Below, in pieces: positions 1 to 10,071 of a stretch of DNA of 64,000 nt; the stretch's first letter is position 1; each line of letters starts with the position of its first letter. This DNA comes from Candidatus Bathyarchaeota archaeon. Lineage in GTDB: Archaea; Thermoproteota; Bathyarchaeia; Bathyarchaeales; Bathycorpusculaceae. A program made the translations under genes and the position numbers. The DNA is taken from contig CAWDYC010000004.1 of assembly GCA_963806535.1 (NCBI GenBank), positions 480,001 to 544,000 on the forward strand. The letters run 5' to 3'. The notes beneath the pieces were generated by a model, which ran no database searches, was not told the origin of the DNA, and worked only from the letters and a program-made list of their open reading frames with translations.

Positions 1-44
1 TCAGAAAACAAATATAATTTAACAAAGAAAAGAAAGGAAAGAAT

Positions 45-800
45 TTATTTTTTGTTTTTTCTTACGATTGCGAATGTTCCAAATGCTACAGAAACTAGTA
101 TTGCGGCTACTATGACGATGCTTACAGTTGAGTATTCTGGAATTGTGGGTACTGTAATGGTGCTGCTTGTTGGAACGAAGAATGCCTGAACGGCAGTTAC
201 CCCAGTCATGTTTAGTGATAGCGTACTGGTGGTGTAGGTGTTGCCTCCGTCGGCTGTGGCAGTTACCCAGCATAAGAATTTGAAGTCGCTGCTTGGATTT
301 GCTTGGAAGTCAGAAACTGTGCCGATTGTGTAATTGTTATAGGTTGTTGGAGCCGTTATCGATCCGGTTGGAGAAGTTGTTCCGCCTGCCGATCCGAACA
401 TGCTGACGCTAGTTGCTCCTGTTGTTGTTGCGGTTGCTGTGTTGTTTGTGCTTGAGGTGAAAATTGCTTGAATAGCGCATGTGCCTGAGGTAATGTTGAG
501 TGCTATAGGGTTATCAGTTGTGGTATTGGCGCCTGATGCAGTGACGGTTTCCCAAGCTATGAACGTAAAGCCTGTGCCGGCAACTGCGTTGAAGTTTACA
601 GTTGTGCCGACATTGTAACTTTGGGTTGTTCCGCCATTTACAGTTGTGCTGTCTGCTGTGATGGTTCCTCCATCGGAGCTGTAGACGAACACAGATCCCT
701 GTGTTTGGGCGTTGACGCCTGCACCTAAAGTAGCTATTAGAAGTGCCGATGCCAGCAAAATTAAAGCTGAGATTTTAATTTTCTTATTTGTGTTACTCAT
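45..800 (-). CDS. Secreted Thr/Ser-rich surface protein with two InlB-B-repeat-like modules and a PEF-CTERM-like anchor
   Basis: Signal peptide; repeated 'GGT..T..Y..GT.V.F.A....GF.F..W' modules; C-terminal IPEY + TM helix + RKNKK. Confidence 0.75.
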   Translation of the reverse strand: MSNTNKKIKISALILLASALLIATLGAGVNAQTQGSVFVYSSDGGTITADSTTVNGGTTQSYNVGTTVNFNAVAGTGFTFIAWETVTASGANTTTDNPIALNITSGTCAIQAIFTSSTNNTATATTTGATSVSMFGSAGGTTSPTGSITAPTTYNNYTIGTVSDFQANPSSDFKFLCWVTATADGGNTYTTSTLSLNMTGVTAVQAFFVPTSSTITVPTIPEYSTVSIVIVAAILVSVAFGTFAIVRKNKK

Positions 801-993
801 TAAATCACCGATTCGTTAGCCCTTGCTTGCTAAGGATCGAGATATAAACTTTTGCCAGAATCCCAAAATAGAAAAATTTGTGAAAATCAAAATAACTGGT
901 CAGCTGCTTTAAAAGTCTGATATTTTATAGCAAAATGTAAAAGTTTCAATTATTAACAAGAAATGTTTGAGAAACCAAGTTCTTGCGATTACC

Positions 994-3081
994 TTACCGT
1001 TCGATCGAAGTTTTGCTTACTCCAGCCTCTTTTTCGAGTGTAATTACATGGTCAGCTTTTCCTGCGAAGGCTTCACTATGGGTTACTGCAATTATTTGTT
1101 CAATGGCTTTGAATCTGCTTATGGCTTCAGCTAACCTCTCAATGCTGCCATCTTCGCTTCCTAAGTTTTCTGTGGGTTCATCAAGCATAAGTATGCTTAA
1201 GCCATGGCCTGTTCGTGACTGCATTATTAGCTGTCCTAAGCCTAAACGGTATGCAAAAGCTAGAAGTGTACGTTCTCCGCCTGAAAGGTTTGAAACTTCG
1301 CGGTCTAAGCCTGAATCGCTTTTAACATAAGGTGTGTAGGTTTCGTCGATGACGATGTTTAGCATGGGTGCTTCTCCACCGACTAAGCTATCGAGAACTT
1401 GCTGGACAAAATTGCGCAGAACTTTCACGAACTCGCTGCGAAGTTTAGGTTGAATGCTGCGATAAGCATCGCGAATGGCACCTAAAACTTCAACTGTTCT
1501 TTTAATTTTCTCCATGCGCTCAAGCTTTTCTTGAGCAAGATTTATTCGCTCTTTGGTTTCGTCTAAACGTTTGAAGAGGTCTTTTTTACGGTTTTCTTTT
1601 GTGCGTAAATCAGAATCTAACCTATAATATTGCTGAAAAGCCTGCTCCCGCTGTGTACGCGCTTGGTCCAGTGCTGATAAATCGAATTTCCCAATTTCAA
1701 ATTGTGTTACCTCAAGCTGTATTCGGAAGTCGGCTTCAAGTTTCTGTCTGTCCTCAAACTCGTTTGTTAGAGTCTTGCAGTTGTTTTCTTCTTCATTTAG
1801 TCGATTTATTAGCTCTTCAGCCCTAGTTATGCAAGTCTGTAGGGTCGAATAAGCTTCAGAAGCCGTGGTTTTAGTCTTCTGTAAATTTTCAATTTCTGCT
1901 ATCAAATGAATGAGTATTTTTTCTCTATCACTATTTTCTTGTTCAATCTTAGAAAGAAGGTTGGTTTTGTACTCTCCATCTAAAGGTTGAACACAAAGCG
2001 GGCACTTGCTCTCTTGTGACAGCGAAACCGCTCTTTTCTTATCCATTTGCAGGTTCCTCGAGGTTGCCTCTTGATCAGCCCTTAAACCGCTGATTTTATC
2101 ATCAAAAGCAGTTAAAGATGAACGCAAAGATTCAACAGGCTGGTTTACTGGCAAGCCTGCTTGCTCAAGCTTACTTAGGCACGTTTTCATTTGAGTATTA
2201 ATTGAGTTTTGCCGTTGACGCAGATTTTCAACAATGGTTTTTTTGCCTTCAATACGTTGGGTCAGTGCAGACAAGGTGTTAGCCATGTTAGCGGCGTCAG
2301 CGTGAAGCCTTGCTTCCTTTCGTTTAAGCTCTTCTATAGTTTGCTTTTTGTCCTCAAGAGTTTTCAGTTTTGAATCTGCATTATCTAACGCTTTTTTTGC
2401 AATCATCAACTTTTGAGTTGCGTTTTCAAGATCCATCTCTACAATAACATATTCTTCGCTTACCCGATTGTACTCGTTACTGAGTTTTTCTAAGCCATGC
2501 ACGTCGGGGTCTTTTTCGTAAATCCGTTTTTCTGTTTCATAATCTCGCTGATATTGAGCTATGTTGCTCCATGCAACCTCATAATCCGATAAACCGAACA
2601 ATTCATCCAATCGTCTTTGCCTGTCACGAGGTGCAGCATCCAGAAGCTCTTTGAGGTGTTCTTGTCTAAACCAAACTATTTCTCTAAAAAGATCCCTGTC
2701 TAAGCCTGTGATTGCTTTAAGTTGTTCCGCTATAGCGTCGGTTTTCATGCTTGCGACAAGTTTATCGTCTTCGTAGAGTTTGAGTTCTTCAAAATTCTGT
2801 AGGATGCTTTTGCCTTTTCTTTTTAATCCCCTCGTAAGCTTGTAGGTACTTCCGTTGTGCTTGAATTGAATCATAACTTTTCCGGAGTCTGCACTTTCAC
2901 GAAGCAAATACTCAAAACTTCTGCCAATCGAATCGCCGAAGAGGGCAAAATCAACCGCGTACAACACACTGGATTTTCCGCAGCCTAAGCCGCCGACAAG
3001 ACAGTTAAAGCCATGGGTGAAGGGCACGGTGGATTTTGTGTGGCTGCGTATGTTTTCGAGCTGGACAATTTCAATTTTCAT
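994..3081 (-). CDS. rad50: DNA double-strand break repair ATPase Rad50 (SMC-like)
   Basis: Walker A GCGKSS, long coiled coil, central CPLC zinc hook, LSGGE signature, LDEPT Walker B, VTH H-loop; overlaps mre11. Confidence 0.93.
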   Translation of the reverse strand: MKIEIVQLENIRSHTKSTVPFTHGFNCLVGGLGCGKSSVLYAVDFALFGDSIGRSFEYLLRESADSGKVMIQFKHNGSTYKLTRGLKRKGKSILQNFEELKLYEDDKLVASMKTDAIAEQLKAITGLDRDLFREIVWFRQEHLKELLDAAPRDRQRRLDELFGLSDYEVAWSNIAQYQRDYETEKRIYEKDPDVHGLEKLSNEYNRVSEEYVIVEMDLENATQKLMIAKKALDNADSKLKTLEDKKQTIEELKRKEARLHADAANMANTLSALTQRIEGKKTIVENLRQRQNSINTQMKTCLSKLEQAGLPVNQPVESLRSSLTAFDDKISGLRADQEATSRNLQMDKKRAVSLSQESKCPLCVQPLDGEYKTNLLSKIEQENSDREKILIHLIAEIENLQKTKTTASEAYSTLQTCITRAEELINRLNEEENNCKTLTNEFEDRQKLEADFRIQLEVTQFEIGKFDLSALDQARTQREQAFQQYYRLDSDLRTKENRKKDLFKRLDETKERINLAQEKLERMEKIKRTVEVLGAIRDAYRSIQPKLRSEFVKVLRNFVQQVLDSLVGGEAPMLNIVIDETYTPYVKSDSGLDREVSNLSGGERTLLAFAYRLGLGQLIMQSRTGHGLSILMLDEPTENLGSEDGSIERLAEAISRFKAIEQIIAVTHSEAFAGKADHVITLEKEAGVSKTSIER

Positions 3082-4307
3082 TTTGCCAGCTCCTCAATAG
3101 CTTGCTTTATTTTTTCATCTTGTTTTCGCGTTAATGGCTCAATTAAGCTGAATGCTGATTGGGCAATTTTTTCGGCTTCTTCTCGGCTGTATCGCTCCAA
3201 AAAGATTTGTAGAAAATACTCAAATGCTTTGGTTTTCAAATCCTTAAATTCGCTTTCAAAAATTGAACGAACTATTTCATCTGAAACAGCACTCTCTTTA
3301 AGCAACACGATTGGGTGAACAAGCAAAGCCTTCTCGCCAGCACTTCGAATTTTAGCAATATCAATTTCTCCTCGACTGGCTTCAGCAGGTAGTGTACCCT
3401 TTAAAATAGGTATTATTACTGCGCCTTCAGAATCGTTATCTTTTACCATTTGAGCTGCTGACTCAGTAATTTTTGCAGATGAAATGCATGGGAAATCTTG
3501 TTCTACAACTACGAATCTTCGTGCTGAAGTTAATTCTACAGTCTGAGGATTTACTTCGCCTTTCTCGTTTACCTTGACATACAAAAAGCCTTTTTGGTTC
3601 TTTGCTTCCCTGTAATCGGCTGTTTCAGTGCAGCCGCTATAAGCCAAAGTCCCTGTTTTGAATTTGCACAAGAACCTTTCATGAACGTGGCCAGCAGCGT
3701 AATAGTTAAAGCCGTCTGGCAACTGCTCAGGTAAAAGTTCAGTTTCAATATAGGGTGGCGTAACGTTTGGCAAATCTAAAGCACCATGAAAAACAAAAAT
3801 ATTGCAAACTTTATTTTGCGGTGCTGGAGGTTTTTCCGCCATGAACCTCGGCAGTGCCTCCTGAGTCCTGTGTTTATTATGGTAGTTTGGTATGCCATAA
3901 ACGTAGCAGCTGTCGGGTTTATTCCAGCACGCGCCATCGTGTCTGGGTAGATGATGAATTAATCCAGCACTATCAAGCGGATAAAGGATCGTTCCAGTTA
4001 TCGTGTTTGGGGCAGAATCGTGTGAGCCATCAACCGTTAAAACTGGGATACCTGCGTCTTTAAGCCGTTTGAAACTCCAAATAGCATTTTCTAGAGTTAC
4101 GTTTGAGGGTCTTGGCTGATGGAAAAGGTCGCCCGCAATAATCATAAAGTCCGGCTTTAACTCAATTGTTTTATCAACAAGCTCTTTGAATGCATCATCA
4201 AAGTCTTGCCTTCTAGCTTCTAGTCCATACTGCGAATAGCCTAAATGCAAATCGGCGGCATGGACAAAGCTAAACGGCTTCAAGCGGTTGACTCCCTTTT
4301 TTTCCAC
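3078..4307 (-). CDS. mre11: DNA repair nuclease Mre11 (metallophosphoesterase)
   Basis: ADLHLG, GDLF, GSHD and GHVH motifs; directly upstream of rad50. Confidence 0.93.
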   Translation of the reverse strand: MEKKGVNRLKPFSFVHAADLHLGYSQYGLEARRQDFDDAFKELVDKTIELKPDFMIIAGDLFHQPRPSNVTLENAIWSFKRLKDAGIPVLTVDGSHDSAPNTITGTILYPLDSAGLIHHLPRHDGACWNKPDSCYVYGIPNYHNKHRTQEALPRFMAEKPPAPQNKVCNIFVFHGALDLPNVTPPYIETELLPEQLPDGFNYYAAGHVHERFLCKFKTGTLAYSGCTETADYREAKNQKGFLYVKVNEKGEVNPQTVELTSARRFVVVEQDFPCISSAKITESAAQMVKDNDSEGAVIIPILKGTLPAEASRGEIDIAKIRSAGEKALLVHPIVLLKESAVSDEIVRSIFESEFKDLKTKAFEYFLQIFLERYSREEAEKIAQSAFSLIEPLTRKQDEKIKQAIEELAK

Positions 4308-4644
4308 TTATGCTTCAGATTAGCGGTTTGAGTATTTTAAGAGTTCTTGTACTTTTCAAAAACAAGCTCTGAATAAAAGAGTGCAAAGGATCTAACTACT
4401 AGCCCGTCTGGTGCCTTACCGCTCTGACGTCATTAACCCATTCTTTAGGTTTAATCTCCATCAATTCCCCAAGTTCTTTTGCTATTTGCTATGCTCTGGC
4501 TCTTTTTGCAGTAATATCTTTCATTTTTACTGTCACTTGTTAATTGCATTATATTATAGGTTATTTAAGACAATTTGGCAATCTTTAGGGGAAAAATATA
4601 AAGCATCATTCATACGTTACCTTTGAAAAGGCGCTTAAAGTTAG

Positions 4645-5487
4645 ATGAAATGCCAGGTTTGCAGTCAGGAAAGTCTTCTTCCATTCCGTTGTCCATTTTG
4701 TGGTGGTCAATTCTGCAGTGTACACCGTTTGCCTGAGAACCATGCATGCCCAAATATTGTTTCTGCTCGTGCACAAAGACAAGAACAAGTTATGACTCCT
4801 CAATCATACAACTCTTATCAATATACCTATAATTTGGGTCAACCCAAACGCGAGAGACATATTTACTTTAGCCAAAAAGAAGTCAAACACATATCGGTTG
4901 CAGCAGCGCTGGTAATCGGCATCGGTTTCTCCATAGGATTATATGGAAACTATCTCGGAGGTTTCCTCCTCAAAGGTTCTTATTATCAATGGACATTGAC
5001 GGTGATGTCTATTTTTGCAGTCATAATGACAGCATCTTTTTTGGCACATGAAATTGGTCACAAAATTATGGGGCAAAAAAACGGTCTATGGGCAGAATTC
5101 CGTCTAACCACCTGGGGCTCAGTTTTGACTTTGGTTAGCGTTTTTTTGCCTTTTAAAATGATTTCGCCAGGTGCAATGATGCTTGCAGGTCAACCAAACG
5201 GCGATGAGCTAGTCAAAATTTCCATTGCGGGTCCAGCCATCAATCTTATCTTTTCTACAACAATTCTTGGAGTTGCCCTTGCTCTACCAACAAGCCTGTT
5301 TGTCAGCATGCTATTCTTCGCAGCTTACATCAACGCATTCATGGCAGTGTTTAACCTCATTCCATTCGGGATCTTAGACGGATACAAAATTTTTAGCTTC
5401 AACAAGAAACTTTGGGCTATGGCTTTTGTTCCCAGCGCTCTTCTTGCTTTATTTACTTACTTGCTTACTTTTACAACCTTCCTTTGA
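4645..5487 (+). CDS. AN1-type zinc finger fused to a site-2 (M50) membrane metalloprotease
   Basis: N-terminal CQVC..PFRCPFCGGQFCSVHRLPENHAC; HEIGH metal motif; NLIPFGILDG; several TM helices. Confidence 0.85.
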   Translation: MKCQVCSQESLLPFRCPFCGGQFCSVHRLPENHACPNIVSARAQRQEQVMTPQSYNSYQYTYNLGQPKRERHIYFSQKEVKHISVAAALVIGIGFSIGLYGNYLGGFLLKGSYYQWTLTVMSIFAVIMTASFLAHEIGHKIMGQKNGLWAEFRLTTWGSVLTLVSVFLPFKMISPGAMMLAGQPNGDELVKISIAGPAINLIFSTTILGVALALPTSLFVSMLFFAAYINAFMAVFNLIPFGILDGYKIFSFNKKLWAMAFVPSALLALFTYLLTFTTFL

Positions 5488-5657
5488 AAATCTCAGATTT
5501 CGGGAACAAATTTTTGTATTTGTTTTGACAATTAATTGTCTGGAAAATTGAGAAAAGGTGCATATTTAATGTTAACTGGCTTCGCGAATAAATGAAAACA
5601 ATTATTTAGACTTGGATCTTAAATAATGTCAAAAAAGAAAAATCTAAAAACTTGGTT

Positions 5658-5966
5658 TTAGATGAGTTCAATTGTTACGTGGACTTCTTCTGGTACACGG
5701 ATGCGCATGATTCGTCTCATAACTCGTTCTTCCGAGTCAATGTCAATTAAACGTTTGTGAATGCGCATTTCCCACCTGTCCCATGTAGCTGTTCCTTCAC
5801 CTGACGGCGCTTTAAGAACTGGAACCCGCAGCCGTTTTGTCGGTAGTGGTACTGGACCGTTGATTTTGACACCTGTTTTTTGAGCGATGCTTCTAAGTTC
5901 TCCGCAAACCTCTTCTAATTTCGCGTAATCTGTGCTTGTGAGGCGTATTCTTGCTTTTCTTACCAT
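5658..5966 (-). CDS. rpsJ: 30S ribosomal protein uS10
   Basis: [25 protein letters not shown] archaeal S10 sequence. Confidence 0.97.
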   Translation of the reverse strand: MVRKARIRLTSTDYAKLEEVCGELRSIAQKTGVKINGPVPLPTKRLRVPVLKAPSGEGTATWDRWEMRIHKRLIDIDSEERVMRRIMRIRVPEEVHVTIELI

Positions 5967-6197
5967 GTTAGTCTATCAATCCATTATTTTTCTATCTAAT
6001 ATATGTTGGTGAGACACCTTAGAGACTTCAGGGGCACATAAAAACCTTACGACTCACAGAACAGAGCTTAATGCGTAAAATTCAAACTGCTAAATCAAGA
6101 ACCATAGTATATTTAACTATCAAAGCATTTCCTGCTCACTTACCTACCCACTCCTTCTCAGTCCGTATTTGGCAAAATGAAAGCAACATTGTTTTTG

Positions 6198-6246
6198 GTC
6201 AAGAAACCTTGACTAAAAAATCACTGCTTAGTCCAGAAACCTTGAC
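6198..6246. promoter_or_regulatory. Tandem inverted-repeat operator candidates GTCAAG-aaac-CTTGAC and GTCCAG-aaac-CTTGAC
   Basis: Perfect palindrome at 6198-6213 and a 1-mismatch copy at 6231-6246, 33 bp apart, just upstream of a TATA-like CTTTTATG and the surface-protein cluster. Confidence 0.6.
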
Positions 6247-6293
6247 AAGAACCCTTTTATGCCAAACAAATTTCAAAGTAGAACTTGATAAAA

Positions 6294-7241
6294 ATGGGTA
6301 AGAAAGCAACAGCAGTAACGCTCATGATGACGCTCTTATTCTCAGCTTTAGCTGGAACATTGATTACAAACAGTGTTTCTGCACAAATGGGTCCAATTAT
6401 GAATAGCGGTCCAAGATTTGACCCTCTTCTAGTCAAGGTGACTTCTCCTATCGAAAATCAAGTCTACAACAATTCAGCTATTATTCAGCTAAACATTACA
6501 ATAACCAAACCGGAAGTATGGTTTACTTATGGCGGTGAGGGGATTTCATTTTTTGATTGTCAAGGTCAGGTAAATTATATCAAATATAGCATTGATGGAA
6601 AACCAAATGAAACAATTTCTGCAAATGATAAATACACTGGTTTGTCTCGGAACTCAATTCCGCATACCTTAAACTGCATATTAACTTTGCAAGGGCTTTC
6701 TCAAGGATTGCACACAATTTCCGTTACCGCGGAAGGCATATACAATTATTGGATTATTAGCTACAGCGGTACCTACACCAACAATTCTGTTGCGGGTAAT
6801 TCAAACCTGATAGATTTTTACATTAATAATTATATTCGTCCAGAAATCTCGAACCTATCATTGAGTAACGGAAAATATAATGTTTCAAATGTTCCATTAA
6901 ACTTTACAGTGAACGAGCCAACCTCATGGATAGGCTACAGTTTAGACGGAAAATTAAACATCACTACTGCTGGAAACACAACCTTAACAGCATTAACTAA
7001 TGGTGTACATAACCTGACAATCTATGTTAATGATACGTTGGGAAACACAGGCATTTCAGAAACCGTTAGCTTCAGCGTAGCCAAGCTACAGCTTTTCCCA
7101 ATTATGACTTTTGTCGTTGCCTTAGTGATAGTGGTCGTTGCGATGGCCGCTGGTTTGCTAATTTACTTCAGAAAGGGCAGACAAGTAAAATCAGGGGTCT
7201 CATTAAATCTTGAAAAAATCTTTAAGCAAAGAAGGATATGA
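6294..7241 (+). CDS. Secreted membrane-anchored protein with Ig-like (Big-type) domains
   Basis: Signal peptide; VPLNFTVNE..YSLDG..GNTTL..G.HNLTIY..D..GN module; C-terminal LFP + TM + YFRK. Confidence 0.75.
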   Translation: MGKKATAVTLMMTLLFSALAGTLITNSVSAQMGPIMNSGPRFDPLLVKVTSPIENQVYNNSAIIQLNITITKPEVWFTYGGEGISFFDCQGQVNYIKYSIDGKPNETISANDKYTGLSRNSIPHTLNCILTLQGLSQGLHTISVTAEGIYNYWIISYSGTYTNNSVAGNSNLIDFYINNYIRPEISNLSLSNGKYNVSNVPLNFTVNEPTSWIGYSLDGKLNITTAGNTTLTALTNGVHNLTIYVNDTLGNTGISETVSFSVAKLQLFPIMTFVVALVIVVVAMAAGLLIYFRKGRQVKSGVSLNLEKIFKQRRI

Positions 7242-7245
7242 GTGA

Positions 7246-10071
7246 ATGAGGGACTTAATCGTGAAAAAGAAGCTATTTGCTATAGCTTTCGTATCCGCTC
7301 TTCTGCTCTCGGCGGTAGCCGGGTCAATACATGTTACTAGCTTTGGTGTTGCGGGTTCAGTTGCTAATGATTGGCCAATGTTTCAATATGATGCGGCACA
7401 CTCTGGTTCACCTGATAATACAGCTCCAACCAGCTATGATTTGCTCTGGAGCTTCAATACACTCACCAATACTGGAAGCGTCCCGCCGAGCATACTTAGT
7501 TCATCTCCTGCTGTAGTCGGCGGCGTAATTTACGTCGGCTCAGACGACGGAAACCTATACGCTGTGAACACCTCAACTGGAAGTCGCCTTTGGAACCGTA
7601 CACTTGGAGATTTTGCGGTAACATCTCCAGCCGTTGTAGGCGGCGTCGTTTATGCTAGTGTTTGGGAGGGGCGTGATTACGCTTTGAATGCTTCCACTGG
7701 CGCCGTAATCTGGAATACCTCAAGGATGTACAGTTATTCGTCACCCGCAGTCTCCAACGGACTGTACTATGTATGTTCAAGCAGTAACGTTACGGCTGTA
7801 AATATTTCAAATGGAAACTTAGTTTGGAATTATACATTGAATAGCAATGGAGATGGATCTCCAGTTGTAGTGGGGAATACCGTTTATGTCACTGATTATG
7901 GCTACGCCTACGCTTTTGATGCGTCAACTGGCACACTTAAGTGGAGTTATTTCATGAGAGCAGGCAATACATTCAATTCTCCTTCAGTTGCTAACGGAAT
8001 TATTTACTCGGGATGCGAGGGAGATTCCTTCTATGCGATAGATGCATCGACTGGACTTCAAATATGGAATTACACGACTGGCGGAACACAAACTTGCACT
8101 CCATCTGTTGTTAACGGTATTGTGTACTACGGCTCAATTACTGGAGGTGTTTATGCTCTCAATGCAGCCACGGGGGCTAAAATTTGGAACTACAAATTAC
8201 CGCAAAATGTCTGGGTTGGTTCCTCTTTTGCTATAGCGGGTGGTGCCGTTTATGTAGGCGGTAATGATGGGAACATTTATGCTTTGAACGCGAATACAGG
8301 CGATAAATTATGGAGTTATGGCACTGGTAATGGCGGTATAACCGCTTCTCCAGCTGTTGTTAACGGCGTTCTTTATGTAAAAAGCAATAATGGATTTCTC
8401 TACGCGTTTGGCAAAGCTGTTAATTCTTCAATTTCTTTATCGCCTATGTTTGGCCCCGCTGACCAAACCGTTACTGTTTCGGGAACTGGCTTTGCTCCAA
8501 GCTCATCAATAACAACCACTTTCGGAGGGGCATCAATCACTTTGACAGGTGGTTCGACCGTTGATTCCTTGGGGCATTTCTCTGCAAGCTTTGCCATCTC
8601 TTCTTTTGGCCCAGGCACTTATCCTGTTTTAGTTAAAGACACATTCGGCAATTCAGCATCTTCCTCGTTCATGGTTATCCCCGCTCCGTCAATGTTTTGG
8701 CCAATGCTTCAGCACGATGTTACCCGTTCTGGTTCACGCGATAATATTGCAGCAGTTGACAATCATTTGCTTTGGGCTTTCCCCGTGGACAAAGGGCCTC
8801 TCATGAATTCAATAGCTTCTTCTCCCGCAATAGTCGATGGCATAGTTTACGATGCTTCACAGAATGGCCTTGTTTATGCCTTAGACGCATATACAGGTGT
8901 ATGTTACTGGAGCTTTAATGCTGGTGCCCCTGGCATGGGTGGAATCCTTTCTTCGCCAGTTGTTAGTGACGGCGTTGTATACATCGGAGGTGGCGACAAT
9001 AACCTTTATTCATTAAATGCATACTCTGGAGCTAAAATATGGAGTGCCCCTCTCAAGGACCCCACATTTTCAAGTCCTGCTGTTTCAGGAGGAATGGTTT
9101 ATGTTGGCACATGGGATGGCAATGTTAGTGCCTTCAAAGCTTCCAATGGTCAATGCTTGTGGAATTTTAAGACAGGCGGTTATGTGCTTTCTTCTCCTGC
9201 CGTTGTTGGCAATGTTGTTTATGCGGGTTCAGTAGATGGTGACGTTTACGCCTTGAATGTAGCGAATGGTGCCTTAATCTGGAAATATAATACTACTTCG
9301 GTGTATCCTTATGGAGGCGTTTCGTCTTCGCCAGCTATTTCAGGCGGAGTAGTTTACATTGGTTCCAATGATGGTAATGTCTTTGCTTTAGATGCCTCAA
9401 ATGGCAATAAAATCTGGAATCATACAATAGGGCGCTTAGGTTCTTTCCAATCACCTACATTTGCCGACGGTGTTGTTTACATGGGTTCAGATGACGGAAA
9501 TGTTTATGCGCTCAATGCTGCAACGGGTGAAAAAATGTGGAACTATAGCACTTCCACTTTTCCAATACAGTCAACCCCAGCTATTGCAGGAGGAGTAGTT
9601 TACGTGGGCTCAAACGATGGTAACGTCTATGCACTAGATGCTGCAAGCGGCGCTAAGTTATGGAATTTCTCTACTGGCAGCTACATTCGTTCGTCTCCAG
9701 CAATTGCTTACGGTGTTATCTACGTTGGCGTAGGCAACGGAGCAATATACGCTATTGGCACGCCTCAATCTTCGATAGAACCCGCCCCAACTCCAACACC
9801 CACCCCAACTCCGACTCCAACTCCAGCAGTAACCCCTGCACCAGCCTCCACGCAAGCCCCAACGTCTTCTCCCGCATCAACATCAAAAACTGAACCTTCA
9901 ACTACGCCTACTCACTCAACAACAACTGGTCCATCCACAATCAATAATGGTAACTCGGCAGGCTCCTCAATTCCCGAGTTTCCAATGTTAACAATTCTTT
10001 CGCTAATCATAATGTTCGCTACTGGTTTGGTCGTCTACTTAAAGAAACGCAAAGCAGATAAAGTCAAATGA
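7246..10071 (+). CDS. Surface protein with two PQQ/BamB-like beta-propellers, a central IPT/TIG-like domain, a Pro/Thr linker and a PEF-CTERM anchor
   Basis: 2x8 'SSPAV..G.VY.GS.DG.VYALNA.TG...W' repeats, each set preceded by WPM.Q.D..HSG/RSG; PTPTPT linker; IPEF-TM-KKRK. Confidence 0.88.
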   Translation: MRDLIVKKKLFAIAFVSALLLSAVAGSIHVTSFGVAGSVANDWPMFQYDAAHSGSPDNTAPTSYDLLWSFNTLTNTGSVPPSILSSSPAVVGGVIYVGSDDGNLYAVNTSTGSRLWNRTLGDFAVTSPAVVGGVVYASVWEGRDYALNASTGAVIWNTSRMYSYSSPAVSNGLYYVCSSSNVTAVNISNGNLVWNYTLNSNGDGSPVVVGNTVYVTDYGYAYAFDASTGTLKWSYFMRAGNTFNSPSVANGIIYSGCEGDSFYAIDASTGLQIWNYTTGGTQTCTPSVVNGIVYYGSITGGVYALNAATGAKIWNYKLPQNVWVGSSFAIAGGAVYVGGNDGNIYALNANTGDKLWSYGTGNGGITASPAVVNGVLYVKSNNGFLYAFGKAVNSSISLSPMFGPADQTVTVSGTGFAPSSSITTTFGGASITLTGGSTVDSLGHFSASFAISSFGPGTYPVLVKDTFGNSASSSFMVIPAPSMFWPMLQHDVTRSGSRDNIAAVDNHLLWAFPVDKGPLMNSIASSPAIVDGIVYDASQNGLVYALDAYTGVCYWSFNAGAPGMGGILSSPVVSDGVVYIGGGDNNLYSLNAYSGAKIWSAPLKDPTFSSPAVSGGMVYVGTWDGNVSAFKASNGQCLWNFKTGGYVLSSPAVVGNVVYAGSVDGDVYALNVANGALIWKYNTTSVYPYGGVSSSPAISGGVVYIGSNDGNVFALDASNGNKIWNHTIGRLGSFQSPTFADGVVYMGSDDGNVYALNAATGEKMWNYSTSTFPIQSTPAIAGGVVYVGSNDGNVYALDAASGAKLWNFSTGSYIRSSPAIAYGVIYVGVGNGAIYAIGTPQSSIEPAPTPTPTPTPTPTPAVTPAPASTQAPTSSPASTSKTEPSTTPTHSTTTGPSTINNGNSAGSSIPEFPMLTILSLIIMFATGLVVYLKKRKADKVK
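9781..9843 (+). repeat. Pro-Thr coding repeat (flexible linker)
   Basis: CCAACT/CCAACA-type hexamers encoding PAPTPTPTPTPTPTPAVTPAP. Confidence 0.85.

Noticed and set aside
7480-9760. Recurrent nucleotide similarity as a non-coding repeat or diversity-generating element
   Set aside because: It is fully explained by the coding propeller blades; no reverse transcriptase or TR/VR pair was seen
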